Assembly (NCBI GenBank): GCA_964591225.1
Contig: CAZQAO010000002.1
Span: 1-41,774 of the forward strand
Length of the DNA: 41,774 nt
Direction: 5' to 3'
Source of the DNA: an uncultured Muribaculaceae bacterium
GTDB lineage: Bacteria > Bacillota_I > Bacilli_A > RF39 > UBA660
The position numbers were made by a program, and so were the translations under genes. Under the pieces are notes generated by a model. It was not told the origin of the DNA and did not search any database. It saw nothing but the letters and a program-made list of their open reading frames with translations. Below, one piece after another: positions 17,479 to 26,493 of this stretch. Position 1 is the first letter of the stretch. Every line of letters starts with the position of its first letter.

Positions 17479-17637
17479 TTGAAAAAGACACTCATCGCTT
17501 TAGGAATGGGCATGGCTTCGGGGGCCGGCATTACTGCTTTTATGATGATGAATAAAAAAACTAAAAAGAATGCGGAAAAAATGTTAAATAACATGATGGA
17601 TGAAGCTAATGAAGCCATGAATAGAAAAGCCAATTAA
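17479..17637 (+). CDS. Small membrane-anchored protein (52 aa), YtxH-like architecture; not in the ORF track
   Basis: A TTG start with SD AAGGATG upstream gives LKKTLIALGMGMASGAGITAFMMMNKKTKKNAEKMLNNMMDEANEAMNRKAN. This is a Gly-rich TM helix followed by a charged helix. A strong + strand terminator lies directly downstream. The track instead lists an antisense 69-aa ORF (17424..17633). Confidence 0.5.
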   Translation: MKKTLIALGMGMASGAGITAFMMMNKKTKKNAEKMLNNMMDEANEAMNRKAN

Positions 17638-17657
17638 AACATTTCTGTTGGCAAACG

Positions 17658-17688
17658 AGAAAAAGTAATTAGACTTTTTCTTTTTTTT
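17658..17688 (+). terminator. Intrinsic terminator after the small ORF / recD2 unit
   Basis: 9-bp stem AGAAAAAGT / ACTTTTTCT (17658-17666 and 17673-17681), followed by T7. Confidence 0.7.
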
Positions 17689-17696
17689 GAAATACG

Positions 17697-17705
17697 TGTT
17701 ATAAT
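17697..17705 (+). promoter_or_regulatory. Extended -10 promoter (TGtTATAAT) for mutS
   Basis: TGTTATAAT lies directly after the terminator, 19 nt upstream of ATG 17724. Confidence 0.5.
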
Positions 17706-17723
17706 TATTTATAGGTGGATCGT

Positions 17724-20273
17724 ATGAAACGTAGTGAAATAGATAAAGAGAAATTAAGCCCAGGGATGCGCCAATATTATGATATAAAAGAACAACATCC
17801 TGATGAATTACTTTTTTTTCGTTTAGGGGATTTTTATGAATTATTTTTTGAAGATGGCGAAATTGCTTCGCGGGAATTAGAACTGACTCTAACCAGTAAA
17901 AATGGGGGTTTAGATGAAAGGATTCCGATGTGTGGAGTTCCTTTTCATTCCGTTAAACCTTATATTGAAAAATTAGTTAACAAGGGTTATAAAATAGCTA
18001 TTTGTGAACAATTAGAAGATCCAAAATCGACTAAAGGTATGGTCAAAAGAGGAGTAACAGAAGTTATCAGCAAAGGGACTATTGTCGACTCAGAATTTTT
18101 AAATGAACATGATTATAATTTTATTGCCAGTGTCCTTGATTTTTCCTATATATACGTTTTATGTTATGTCGATATCTCTACTGGAAATGTTAATGTAATG
18201 CAAGTGGAACACCAAAAAGATAAGTTACTAAATGAGATATTAAATTTAAAAATAAGAGAAGTAGTTTTAAAAAATAACAATGATACTTCTTTGATAGCTC
18301 TTTTAAAAGGTCAATATGGTATTGAAGTATCGATTTGTGCTGAATCATTAGAAGAAGGCTACGAAGATATTTTAAATCAAATTGATGATATTCATTTTAA
18401 AGAAGCGATTAAGCATATTTTTTACTATTTAGTTGTAAAAGAATTAAAAGATATATCTCATATTAAAGAAGTAAAAGTAATTAACAAAGAAGATTATTTA
18501 GATATGGATGTTCATACTATTCGTAATTTAGAATTAGTAGAAACTCTAAGGCTTAAAGAAAGAACTTATTCTTTAATTTGGTTACTTGATAAAACTAAGA
18601 CTAGCATGGGAAGTCGTAAATTAAAAGATTATTTAATGCATCCGTTAAAAGATAAAGCGAAAATAGAAGAAAGATACGACAAGATTACAACTTTGAATAA
18701 TGAATTTATTTTAAGGGATGAGTTACGAGAAAATTTATATGAAATTTATGATATCGAACGTCTTTGTGGCAAAATTGCTTGTGGCTCTTTTAATGCCCGA
18801 GATATGTTGCAATTGAAATCCAGTTTAAAAGTATTGCCTAAAATAAAAGAGATTATTAAATCGTTAGGATTTGACTATAATATATCATCACATGAAAATA
18901 TTTATAATTTATTAGAACAAGCTATTTATGAAAATCCGCCCGTCACTTTAAAAGAAGGTTATTTGATTAAAGAAGGTTATAACCAAGAATTAGATGAATT
19001 AAAAAAAATTCGGGCTGATGGGAAATCATTTATTGCTGAGTTTGAAAATAAATTAAAAGAAAGTACAGGCATTAAAAATTTAAAAGTCGGTTATACTCGT
19101 GTTTTTGGTTATTATATTGAAGTATCTAAAGGCCAAGTTAAAGAAGTAACTGAAGATTTAAAATGGGAACGACGCCAAACATTAGCTAATAGTGAACGTT
19201 TTATTTCTCCTGAATTAAAAGAAAAAGAAGCTTTAATTTTAAATGCTGAAGAAAAGATTGTCGAATTAGAATACAATTTATTTATGGAAATTAAGGAAAC
19301 GGTTAAAAAAGAATTAATTCCTTTAAAAGATACCGCTTTAATTATTAGTGAACTAGATGTTTTAGCTAATCTATCAGTTTGTAGTGAACTATATCATTTA
19401 GTAAGACCACAGTTAAATGAAGAACACAAAATTATGATTGAGGAAGGGTTCCATCCTGTTATTGAACATGTTAGTAATCATAGTTATGTAAAAAATGATT
19501 GTAAGATGGATCCGGATATTACGACTCTTTTAATTACTGGTCCTAATATGAGTGGTAAATCAACTTACATGCGTCAGTTAGCTATTATTGTCATTATGGC
19601 CCAAATGGGTTCTTTTGTTCCTGCTACTTCGGCTAATTTACCCATTATTGATAAAATATTTACGCGTATCGGAGCTAGTGATGATTTAGTAAGTGGGGAA
19701 TCAACATTTATGATTGAAATGAAAGAAGCCCGAAATGCTATTATGAATGCGACGGAAAATAGTTTAATTTTATTTGATGAGTTAGGAAGAGGAACAGCTA
19801 CTTATGATGGTATGAGTCTAGCTCAAGCTATATTAGAATATGTTAATATGCATATTAAATGTAAAACGTTATTTTCTACCCATTATCATGAATTAACTCA
19901 GTTAGAAGAAGTAATTCCAAGTATTAAAAATGTTCATGTAAGTGCTCATGAAGAAAATGGAGTCGTTACTTTTTTACATAAAATTCAAGATGGAGCCGTG
20001 GATAAAAGTTATGGCATCCATGTTGCTAAATTAGCAGGAATGCCCGATGAATTAACCTCTCGGGCCAATGCCATTTTGGCGGTTTATGAGAAAGAAAAAA
20101 CTACTTTGAAACCAAATGACAAAGTGCAATTAACCATGGCTTTAGAAGAACCTCAAAAAGCCGAAGAAAATAAAGTTATCAAAGCGCTAGAACAAGTAAA
20201 TCCTTTAGAAATGACTCCTATTGAAGCCATGAATAAATTATATGAATTAAAAGAAATGGTGAAAAAAAACTAA
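17724..20273 (+). CDS. mutS: DNA mismatch repair protein MutS (canonical MutS1)
   Basis: Mismatch-binding motif GDFYELFFEDG, Walker A GPNMSGKST, DELGRGT, STHYHEL, and a C-terminal beta-clamp/tetramerisation-type tail. ATG 17724 follows SD AGGTGGA. Confidence 0.95.
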   Translation: MKRSEIDKEKLSPGMRQYYDIKEQHPDELLFFRLGDFYELFFEDGEIASRELELTLTSKNGGLDERIPMCGVPFHSVKPYIEKLVNKGYKIAICEQLEDPKSTKGMVKRGVTEVISKGTIVDSEFLNEHDYNFIASVLDFSYIYVLCYVDISTGNVNVMQVEHQKDKLLNEILNLKIREVVLKNNNDTSLIALLKGQYGIEVSICAESLEEGYEDILNQIDDIHFKEAIKHIFYYLVVKELKDISHIKEVKVINKEDYLDMDVHTIRNLELVETLRLKERTYSLIWLLDKTKTSMGSRKLKDYLMHPLKDKAKIEERYDKITTLNNEFILRDELRENLYEIYDIERLCGKIACGSFNARDMLQLKSSLKVLPKIKEIIKSLGFDYNISSHENIYNLLEQAIYENPPVTLKEGYLIKEGYNQELDELKKIRADGKSFIAEFENKLKESTGIKNLKVGYTRVFGYYIEVSKGQVKEVTEDLKWERRQTLANSERFISPELKEKEALILNAEEKIVELEYNLFMEIKETVKKELIPLKDTALIISELDVLANLSVCSELYHLVRPQLNEEHKIMIEEGFHPVIEHVSNHSYVKNDCKMDPDITTLLITGPNMSGKSTYMRQLAIIVIMAQMGSFVPATSANLPIIDKIFTRIGASDDLVSGESTFMIEMKEARNAIMNATENSLILFDELGRGTATYDGMSLAQAILEYVNMHIKCKTLFSTHYHELTQLEEVIPSIKNVHVSAHEENGVVTFLHKIQDGAVDKSYGIHVAKLAGMPDELTSRANAILAVYEKEKTTLKPNDKVQLTMALEEPQKAEENKVIKALEQVNPLEMTPIEAMNKLYELKEMVKKN

Positions 20274-20313
20274 GTATAATTTAAAGGTAAGGAAATAAAA
20301 TGATTATAAGGAA

Positions 20314-20778
20314 GTGAATGACTTGATAAAGACAGATAAAAAAGCCAAAATCGTAGCTAAATATATCGCCTTATTAAAAGCTAGTAAAAATGATGAACAA
20401 ATCGAAACTTTTATTAATAATTTAATTTCATATCATGTCGATAAAGGGTTTATCGAAAATCAACCAATGGTGGACTTAAATGGGGTTTTGCCAATTCTTA
20501 GTTATATTTATATGGTCGATCGTAATCGGTGTTTAATGGAATTAAAAACTGCCCGGAAAGAAGAACGAGTAGAATTACAAGCTCATATCGAAGCTTTAAA
20601 TCAATTTTTAGAAGAAAATGAACAATTAATAAAAAAAGAAGAAGAAATAAAATCCCGGCAAAGTAAAATGCGAAAATTAGAAAAAAAATTAAGTTGGGAA
20701 GAAATTGATTCGTTAAAAAAACAATATTTACAAGAGGAAGAAGAAAACCAAGTTTTAAAGCGTTCGCCTAGTTTTTAA
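20314..20778 (+). CDS. Hypothetical protein with a C-terminal charged coiled coil (no family recognised)
   Basis: A 154-aa ORF (GTG 20314, or TTG 20323) lying 40 nt after mutS. The C-terminal half is heptad-like and rich in E/K/Q. A terminator overlaps its stop codon. Confidence 0.5.
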   Translation: MNDLIKTDKKAKIVAKYIALLKASKNDEQIETFINNLISYHVDKGFIENQPMVDLNGVLPILSYIYMVDRNRCLMELKTARKEERVELQAHIEALNQFLEENEQLIKKEEEIKSRQSKMRKLEKKLSWEEIDSLKKQYLQEEEENQVLKRSPSF

Positions 20779-20788
20779 CTAGGTTTTT
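20767..20788 (+). terminator. Intrinsic terminator after the 154-aa ORF
   Basis: Stem CCTAGTT / AACTAGG (20767-20773 and 20777-20783), followed by TTTTT. Confidence 0.6.
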
Positions 20789-20799
20789 AATTTTTTACG

Positions 20800-20808
20800 T
20801 GTTATAAT
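20800..20808 (+). promoter_or_regulatory. Extended -10 promoter (TGtTATAAT) for nusB-xseAB-proS
   Basis: TGTTATAAT is present. The ORF-track ATG (20807) lies inside this box, so it is unlikely to be the real start. Confidence 0.5.
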
Positions 20809-20824
20809 GAAGTTGGTGATTTTT

Positions 20825-21220
20825 GTGGCTTTAAAAAGAAGTGAATTAAGAGAAAAGTGTATGATCATTTTATATCAATATGATATGATGAAACAAAGTA
20901 AAATAAAAGTCGACATAGATGAAATTATCAAAGCCAATATGAAAAGCGAAAACGAATTTGTCAAAGATATTGTTTACGGAGTAATAAGTAAAGAAGAAGA
21001 GTTGGATGCTTTAGCTAACCAATATATTAAAGATTGGACAATAGATCGCCTAGATAAGACGGGAGCTAGTATTTTAAGAATTGCTTTATACGAATTAAAA
21101 TATACGGATACTCCCGAAGTTGTCGTTATTAATGAAGCTGTTATTTTAGCTAAAAAATACAGTGATGATGCTGTTAGAAAGATTATTAATGCTGTTTTAG
21201 ATAAAATTGTTCGTGAATAA
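20825..21220 (+). CDS. nusB: Transcription antitermination factor NusB
   Basis: RSELREKCMIILYQYD..., DRLDKTGASILRIALYEL and VVINEAVILAKKY fit the NusB family. GTG 20825 is preferred, with SD GGTGA upstream. Confidence 0.88.
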   Translation: MALKRSELREKCMIILYQYDMMKQSKIKVDIDEIIKANMKSENEFVKDIVYGVISKEEELDALANQYIKDWTIDRLDKTGASILRIALYELKYTDTPEVVVINEAVILAKKYSDDAVRKIINAVLDKIVRE

Positions 21221-21248
21221 GAGTTTAACTTAGAAAAGAGGTGATTTT

Positions 21249-22604
21249 ATGCTAGAGGATGGCGAAGAAAAATACATTAAAATTAGTGATTTAAATAATT
21301 ATATTAAAGTAATGTTTGAGGAAAATGTTTACTTAAAAAAAGTTTATTTAAAAGGGGAAATATCTAACTTTAAAAATCATACTCGGGGTCATTTATATTT
21401 TACTTTAAAAGATGATACATCTAGAATTAGTGCTGTCATGTTTTATAATAATGCTTTAACTTTGGATTTTACCCCTGAAGATGGCATGAATGTTTTAGTA
21501 GAGGGAAGAATTTCTTGTTATCCAGCGCAAGGAACTTACCAAATATATGTTTCGAAAATGGAAAAAGATGGATTAGGAAATTTATATTTAGAATATGAAA
21601 AATTAAAGAAAAAGTTAGCTTTAGAAGGTTTATTTGATGCTAAATATAAAAAACCAATTCCCAAATATCCACGTAAGATAGGGATTATTACAGCTAGTAC
21701 TGGAGCTGCTATTCGCGATATTTTAAGTACTATTAAAAGAAGATATCCCATTTGTGAAACAATTTTATTTCCATCTTTAGTTCAAGGATCTTCGGCGGCT
21801 CCTGAAATTGTGCGGCAGATTGAAAAAGCTAATGAATATGATTTAGATTTAATTATCTGTGGTCGGGGTGGTGGCTCAATTGAAGATTTATGGGCTTTTA
21901 ATGAAGAAAGTGTCGCCCGCGCTATATTTGCTTCGCGCATACCCATTATTAGTGCTGTCGGTCATGAAGTAGATTTTACGATTGCGGATTTTGTCGCCGA
22001 TTTACGAGCACCGACTCCGACGGGAGCTGCCGAAATGGCTGTTCCCAAAATTAGTGATGTTTTAAATATTTTAGCGGAAAAAAAGATCAGATTAAATAAT
22101 GTCTTACAACAAAGTATTAAGAAAAAACAAATCCAATTTCACAATTTAGAAAATCGGTTTGTCTTAAAAAATCCTTTAACTTTATATGAAAGTAAAGAAC
22201 AAAAATTAGATACTTTAATAGAAGCATTAATGCGAAGTATAGAAAATATATTAACTACTAGTCGCAATAAAATTAATCTATTATGTACTAGTTATGTTTT
22301 AAAAAATCCTCTTTCTTTATACGAAGTTAAAAAACAATCTTTAACTGCTAATGTATTAAAAATAAATAATAAAATTACCGAGATTCTAGCTAAAAATAAT
22401 CATCATTACGAGATGTTAAAAAATACTTTAAAATTAGTAAATCCTTTGAATATTTTAGATAAAGGATATAGTTTAGTTGAATATCAAAATAAAATTATTA
22501 AATCAAATGAAGAGGTAAAGGTAAATGATCCCATTACTATTAAATTAGCTAAAGGAGAATTACTAGCCATTGTAAAGGAGAAAAAAGAATGGAAAAAGAG
22601 TTAA
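21249..22604 (+). CDS. xseA: Exodeoxyribonuclease VII large subunit
   Basis: N-terminal OB fold (KVYLKGEISNFKNHTRGHLYFTLKD), catalytic core (GIITASTGAAIRDI, RGGGSIEDLWAFN, VGHEVDFTIADFVAD) and a C-terminal coiled coil. Confidence 0.93.
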   Translation: MLEDGEEKYIKISDLNNYIKVMFEENVYLKKVYLKGEISNFKNHTRGHLYFTLKDDTSRISAVMFYNNALTLDFTPEDGMNVLVEGRISCYPAQGTYQIYVSKMEKDGLGNLYLEYEKLKKKLALEGLFDAKYKKPIPKYPRKIGIITASTGAAIRDILSTIKRRYPICETILFPSLVQGSSAAPEIVRQIEKANEYDLDLIICGRGGGSIEDLWAFNEESVARAIFASRIPIISAVGHEVDFTIADFVADLRAPTPTGAAEMAVPKISDVLNILAEKKIRLNNVLQQSIKKKQIQFHNLENRFVLKNPLTLYESKEQKLDTLIEALMRSIENILTTSRNKINLLCTSYVLKNPLSLYEVKKQSLTANVLKINNKITEILAKNNHHYEMLKNTLKLVNPLNILDKGYSLVEYQNKIIKSNEEVKVNDPITIKLAKGELLAIVKEKKEWKKS

Positions 22605-22810
22605 GCTTTGAAGAAGCGTTAGAAAAAGTTGAAGAAATCGTAAAAGAATTAGAAAGTGGGGAAACACCCCTAGAACAAGCCATTGAAAAATATACTGTGG
22701 CCATGAAATTAGTGAAAGTTTGTAATGATAAATTAACTGCTGCTACGGAACATGTTAATAAAATATTAAATGAGAATGGCGAACTTGTTGATTTTGAGAT
22801 TAAAGAATAG
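22589..22810 (+). CDS. xseB: Exodeoxyribonuclease VII small subunit
   Basis: A 73-aa product with LSFEEALEKVEEIV..LESGETPLEQAIEKY. It overlaps the xseA 3' end. Confidence 0.92.
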   Translation: MEKELSFEEALEKVEEIVKELESGETPLEQAIEKYTVAMKLVKVCNDKLTAATEHVNKILNENGELVDFEIKE

Positions 22811-22818
22811 GTGATGAG

Positions 22819-24240
22819 ATGGCAGATTTAGTTAAAGAAATTACTCCTCGTGATACTGATTTTGCTGAATGGTATACTGATGTCGTTAAAAAAGCCGATT
22901 TAGTAGATTATTCGAGTGTTAAAGGCAGTATGATTATTCGCCCTTATGGTTATGCTATTTGGGAAAAAATGGTAGCTATTTTAGATAAGAAATTTAAAGA
23001 AACAGGGCATCAAAATTTACAAATGCCAATGTTTATTCCGGAGAGTTTATTAAATGTTGAAAAAGATCATGTTAAGGGTTTTGCTCCCGAAGTAGCTTGG
23101 GTTACTATGGGCGGAGAAGAGCCGTTAGAAGAAAGAATGTGTGTTCGTCCGACTAGTGAAGTTTTATTTTGTGATCATTTTAAACATATTATTAAATCAT
23201 ATCGGGATTTGCCTCTTCTATATAATCAATGGTGTACGATTGTACGGTGGGAAAAAACTACCCGACCATTCTTACGAAGTCGAGAGATTTTATGGCAAGA
23301 AGGTCATACTATGCATGCCACCCAAAAAGAGGCTTTAGAAGAAACGCAAAGAATGCTTAAAATATATGAAGATTTTCAACGTGATTATTTAGCTTTACCC
23401 GTAATTACCGGGAGAAAAACCGAAAAAGAAAAGTTTGCTGGCGCGGAAGCTACGTATACTATCGAAGCTATGATGTATAATGGTTATGCTCTTCAAAATG
23501 GTACTAGTCACTATTTTGGTCAAGGTTTTGCCAAAGCTTTTGGCATTCAGTTTTTAAATAAAGACCAAAAATTAGAATATCCTTATCAAACAAGTTGGGG
23601 AGTTACAACGAGAATGATTGGCGCTATTATTATGACGCATAGTGATGATCGTGGTCTAGTTTTGCCTCCTAAAATTGCTCCGGTTTTAGTAAATTGTATT
23701 CCTATTGGAGAAGATGCAAAAATTATGGCTAAATTAGAGGAAATTACCCAAGAATTAGAACAAGAAAACATTACGACTAAAATAGATCAAAGTGCTAAAT
23801 CGCCGGGATTTAAATTTGCTGAATCGGAAGTTAAGGGTTATCCATTACGATTAGAACTAGGTTTAAGAGATTTAGCCGCTAATAACATTACTATAGTTCG
23901 TCGAGATACATTAGAAAAACAAGAAGTTAGTATCGATAATTTAGTTTTCAAAATTAAAACTTTATTAACAGAAATTCAAACTAATTTATATGAACGAGCT
24001 TTAAAACGAAGAGATAGTATGTTATATGAAGCTAGAACTTATGAAGAATTTAAAGAAATTGCCCAAAATAAACCCGGTTTTATCAAAATTAATTGGTGTG
24101 GGGAAAATGAATGTGAAGAGAAAATTAAAACTGATACTGGTTTAAAATCGCGTTGTATTATCGACGAAGCAGCTGATGGCGTTTGTGCCTGCTGTGGCAA
24201 AGCAGGAAAATATAAAATCTATTTTGGCAAACAATACTAA
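22819..24240 (+). CDS. proS: Prolyl-tRNA synthetase, archaeal/eukaryote-like short form with C-terminal zinc-binding domain
   Basis: FAEWYTDVV...GSMIIRPYGYAIWE, class II motifs (RPTSE, FLRSREILWQEGHT), no bacterial INS editing domain, a C-terminal Cys cluster, and a terminal Tyr. Confidence 0.93.
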   Translation: MADLVKEITPRDTDFAEWYTDVVKKADLVDYSSVKGSMIIRPYGYAIWEKMVAILDKKFKETGHQNLQMPMFIPESLLNVEKDHVKGFAPEVAWVTMGGEEPLEERMCVRPTSEVLFCDHFKHIIKSYRDLPLLYNQWCTIVRWEKTTRPFLRSREILWQEGHTMHATQKEALEETQRMLKIYEDFQRDYLALPVITGRKTEKEKFAGAEATYTIEAMMYNGYALQNGTSHYFGQGFAKAFGIQFLNKDQKLEYPYQTSWGVTTRMIGAIIMTHSDDRGLVLPPKIAPVLVNCIPIGEDAKIMAKLEEITQELEQENITTKIDQSAKSPGFKFAESEVKGYPLRLELGLRDLAANNITIVRRDTLEKQEVSIDNLVFKIKTLLTEIQTNLYERALKRRDSMLYEARTYEEFKEIAQNKPGFIKINWCGENECEEKIKTDTGLKSRCIIDEAADGVCACCGKAGKYKIYFGKQY

Positions 24241-24280
24241 CAATATTTGGACTTTACCAATTATTGTTTTTATTTTTTTA
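24240..24280 (+). terminator. Intrinsic terminator after proS
   Basis: 11-bp stem with one mismatch, ACAATATTTGG / CCAATTATTGT, followed by a T-rich tract. Confidence 0.6.
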
Positions 24281-24317
24281 ACTCCTTTTACCATACTATG
24301 GATAGTAGGTGATGAAG

Positions 24318-25292
24318 ATGAAAAATAGAAATTTATTATATTTAACTATTCTCTTACTAAGTCCACTTCCGGTTTGGGCCTATTCTGATAAAATTATTGT
24401 CGGGGGCGAAAACATTGGAATTAATATCCAGAGTAAAGGAATTTTAGTTGTTGGTTTTTATCAAATAGATGGTCAAGATATTACTGCCAATCCGAGTATT
24501 GAAACGGGCGATTTAATTTTAAAAGTAAATGATATCGAAGTAGATACGATTGCGAGTCTTACCAGGGAAATTGAAAAAAATATGAATAATAATCAAGTTA
24601 ACTTAGTAATTAAAAGAGATAATAAAACTTTTACTACTACTTTAGATTTAGTCTTAAAAGATGGTGTTTATAAAACAGGTTTATATGTTAAAGATAGCTT
24701 ATCTGGTATTGGTACTTTAACATATATTGATCCCGAAACTAAAATATTTGGATCTCTAGGCCATGAGATTATTGAAGCTAATACTAGTCAAAAAATAGAA
24801 GTAAAAAGTGGCGAGATTTTTAATAGTGTAGTTACAGGAATTACGAAAAGTATCGATGGTACTCCCGGAGAAAAGAATGCTAAATTAGATCATTCCAAAA
24901 TTTATGGCAAGATTAAAGAAAATACGGAAGTGGGTTTATTTGGTGATTACACTAATAATTTACCGGGGAAAAAATTAATGAAAGTAGCACAGCCCGATGA
25001 AGTAAAAGTAGGGGATGCCCGTATCGCTACCGTATTAGATAATAACGAAGTCAAAGAATACGATATTTATATTACTAAAATAAATGAATATAATAAAGTT
25101 AAAAATATTTATTTTGAAGTCACCGATAAAGATCTTTTAGCCAAAACAGGAGGAATTGTTCAAGGTATGAGTGGTAGTCCTATTATTCAAAATAATAAAA
25201 TTATCGGAGCAGTTACTCATGTTATTGTCGATAATGTTAAAACTGGTTATGGTATATTTATAACTACGATGTTAGAAGAAGGCGAAAATTAA
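24318..25292 (+). CDS. spoIVB: SpoIVB peptidase (S55 serine protease with PDZ domain)
   Basis: Signal/TM segment, PDZ (GDLILKVNDIEVDT), a catalytic His context GTLTYIDPETKIFGSLGHEI, and the catalytic Ser GMSGSPII...GAVTHV. The start is ambiguous (24309, 24312 or 24318). I chose 24318 because SD AGGTGA lies 5 nt upstream. Confidence 0.85.
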   Translation: MKNRNLLYLTILLLSPLPVWAYSDKIIVGGENIGINIQSKGILVVGFYQIDGQDITANPSIETGDLILKVNDIEVDTIASLTREIEKNMNNNQVNLVIKRDNKTFTTTLDLVLKDGVYKTGLYVKDSLSGIGTLTYIDPETKIFGSLGHEIIEANTSQKIEVKSGEIFNSVVTGITKSIDGTPGEKNAKLDHSKIYGKIKENTEVGLFGDYTNNLPGKKLMKVAQPDEVKVGDARIATVLDNNEVKEYDIYITKINEYNKVKNIYFEVTDKDLLAKTGGIVQGMSGSPIIQNNKIIGAVTHVIVDNVKTGYGIFITTMLEEGEN

Positions 25293-25304
25293 GCGCCTTT
25301 TTTA
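25279..25304 (+). terminator. Intrinsic terminator after spoIVB
   Basis: Stem AAGGCG / CGCCTT (25279-25284 and 25294-25299), followed by TTTT. Confidence 0.6.
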
Positions 25305-25357
25305 TAATGCGACAAAATTTTTATTACCCTTAAGTTATAGTTGGAATAGGTGATTTT

Positions 25358-25783
25358 ATGAAGCAAGGTTTAAAAGTAATATTATTTTCTTCCGTAGTAG
25401 GGACCATACTAGCGGGTTTATTCTTCTTATCAGTAAAAGAAAAAGCCGAAGCCAAAATGCTTTCAACAGTTTATGCTTATCAAGTAGGGGTTTTTAAAAA
25501 TAAAGACAATGCTTTAGCAACACTAAGTAATTATGAAAATGCTAAGATTGTATTAGATAATGATCTCTATCGTATTTTTATCGGTGTAACCATTAATGCT
25601 AAAGACTATTTATCAGCGTATTTTGATGAATTAGGATATAGTTATTATATTAAAGAAATCGAATTAGATGAAAATTTAAAAGAAGATATTAAAAAGTATG
25701 ACGATGTTTTAATGAAAACTAATAAAGAAAGTAACCAAGGCATTATCAAACAAATGTTAGAAAGTATTCCCAATGAATTATAA
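25358..25783 (+). CDS. Membrane-anchored SPOR-domain protein
   Basis: An N-terminal TM followed by YAYQVGVFKNKDNALATL...LYRIFIGVTINAKD, which fits the SPOR peptidoglycan-binding repeat pattern. Confidence 0.6.
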   Translation: MKQGLKVILFSSVVGTILAGLFFLSVKEKAEAKMLSTVYAYQVGVFKNKDNALATLSNYENAKIVLDNDLYRIFIGVTINAKDYLSAYFDELGYSYYIKEIELDENLKEDIKKYDDVLMKTNKESNQGIIKQMLESIPNEL

Positions 25784-26453
25784 AATTAAAGATTTACCTT
25801 TAGATGAACGTCCGCGCGAAAAATTAAAATTGAGAGGAAAAGAATCTTTATCCAACGAAGAATTAGTGGCTATTATCTTAAAAACCGGAAATAAAGATAA
25901 ATCAGTTAAAGATATTGCAATTGAATTAGTAAAACAATTTAAAAATATTCAAGAGTTAAATTCAGCGACCATTGCTGATCTAACGAAAATTAAAGGTATC
26001 AAAGAAGTAAAAGCTATTACTTTACTAGCAGCGATTGAACTAGGAAAACGCGTTTCTACCTTTATAACGGAAGATAAATATAAAATTACGTCTGCGATAG
26101 ATGTCTATTATCTTTTAAAACCAAAAATTATTGGTTTAAAACAAGAGAAACTATTTGCTTTATTTTTAAATACCAAGAATGAAGTTATTACTTATGAAAC
26201 TGTTTTTATGGGAACCCAAAATAAAAGTATTACTCATCCTCGAGAAATTTTTTATTTAGCTATTAAAAATAGTGCAGTCAAAATAATATTAGTTCATAAT
26301 CATCCGACTAATGATCCTACTCCTAGCGAAGAAGATATTTTATTTACCAATACTATTAAAGAAACGGGAGAACTTTTACAAATTCCGTTAATTGATCATA
26401 TTATTATTGGAGAAACTAAGTTTTTTAGTTTTTTTGACCATCATTTGCTTTAA
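25773..26453 (+). CDS. radC: RadC-family JAB/MPN-domain protein
   Basis: N-terminal PLDERPREKL, an HhH segment, and the JAMM motif HNHPTNDPTPSEED. Confidence 0.92.
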   Translation: MNYKIKDLPLDERPREKLKLRGKESLSNEELVAIILKTGNKDKSVKDIAIELVKQFKNIQELNSATIADLTKIKGIKEVKAITLLAAIELGKRVSTFITEDKYKITSAIDVYYLLKPKIIGLKQEKLFALFLNTKNEVITYETVFMGTQNKSITHPREIFYLAIKNSAVKIILVHNHPTNDPTPSEEDILFTNTIKETGELLQIPLIDHIIIGETKFFSFFDHHLL

Positions 26454-26493
26454 TTTAGCAAAAACTAGCCATACTAAAAATAAGGTGGTTTCT

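Noticed and set aside
17424-17633. A 69-aa minus-strand ORF in the track, between recD2 and mutS.
   Set aside because: It is antisense to a better-supported + strand small ORF (17479..17637), which has an SD and a downstream + strand terminator. The minus ORF has no SD or terminator and overlaps the recD2 stop.
17693-17705. An identical 13-mer, TACGTGTTATAAT, upstream of mutS (17693..17705) and nusB (20796..20808), with a near-copy upstream of holA. It could be a shared operator.
   Set aside because: Eight of the 13 positions are the extended -10 consensus itself (TGnTATAAT). The remaining identity is too short to distinguish from chance among about 10 promoters.
22140-22345. An internal tandem repeat in xseA (…VLKNPLTLYESKEQKLD… and …VLKNPLSLYEVKKQSLT…).
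   Set aside because: The C-terminal region of XseA normally contains repeated helical segments. The reading frame is intact, so this is not a mobile or slippage feature.
22805-22825. An expected T-box leader upstream of proS.
   Set aside because: Only 8 nt separate xseB and proS, which leaves no room for a leader. proS appears to be transcribed as part of the nusB-xseAB unit.
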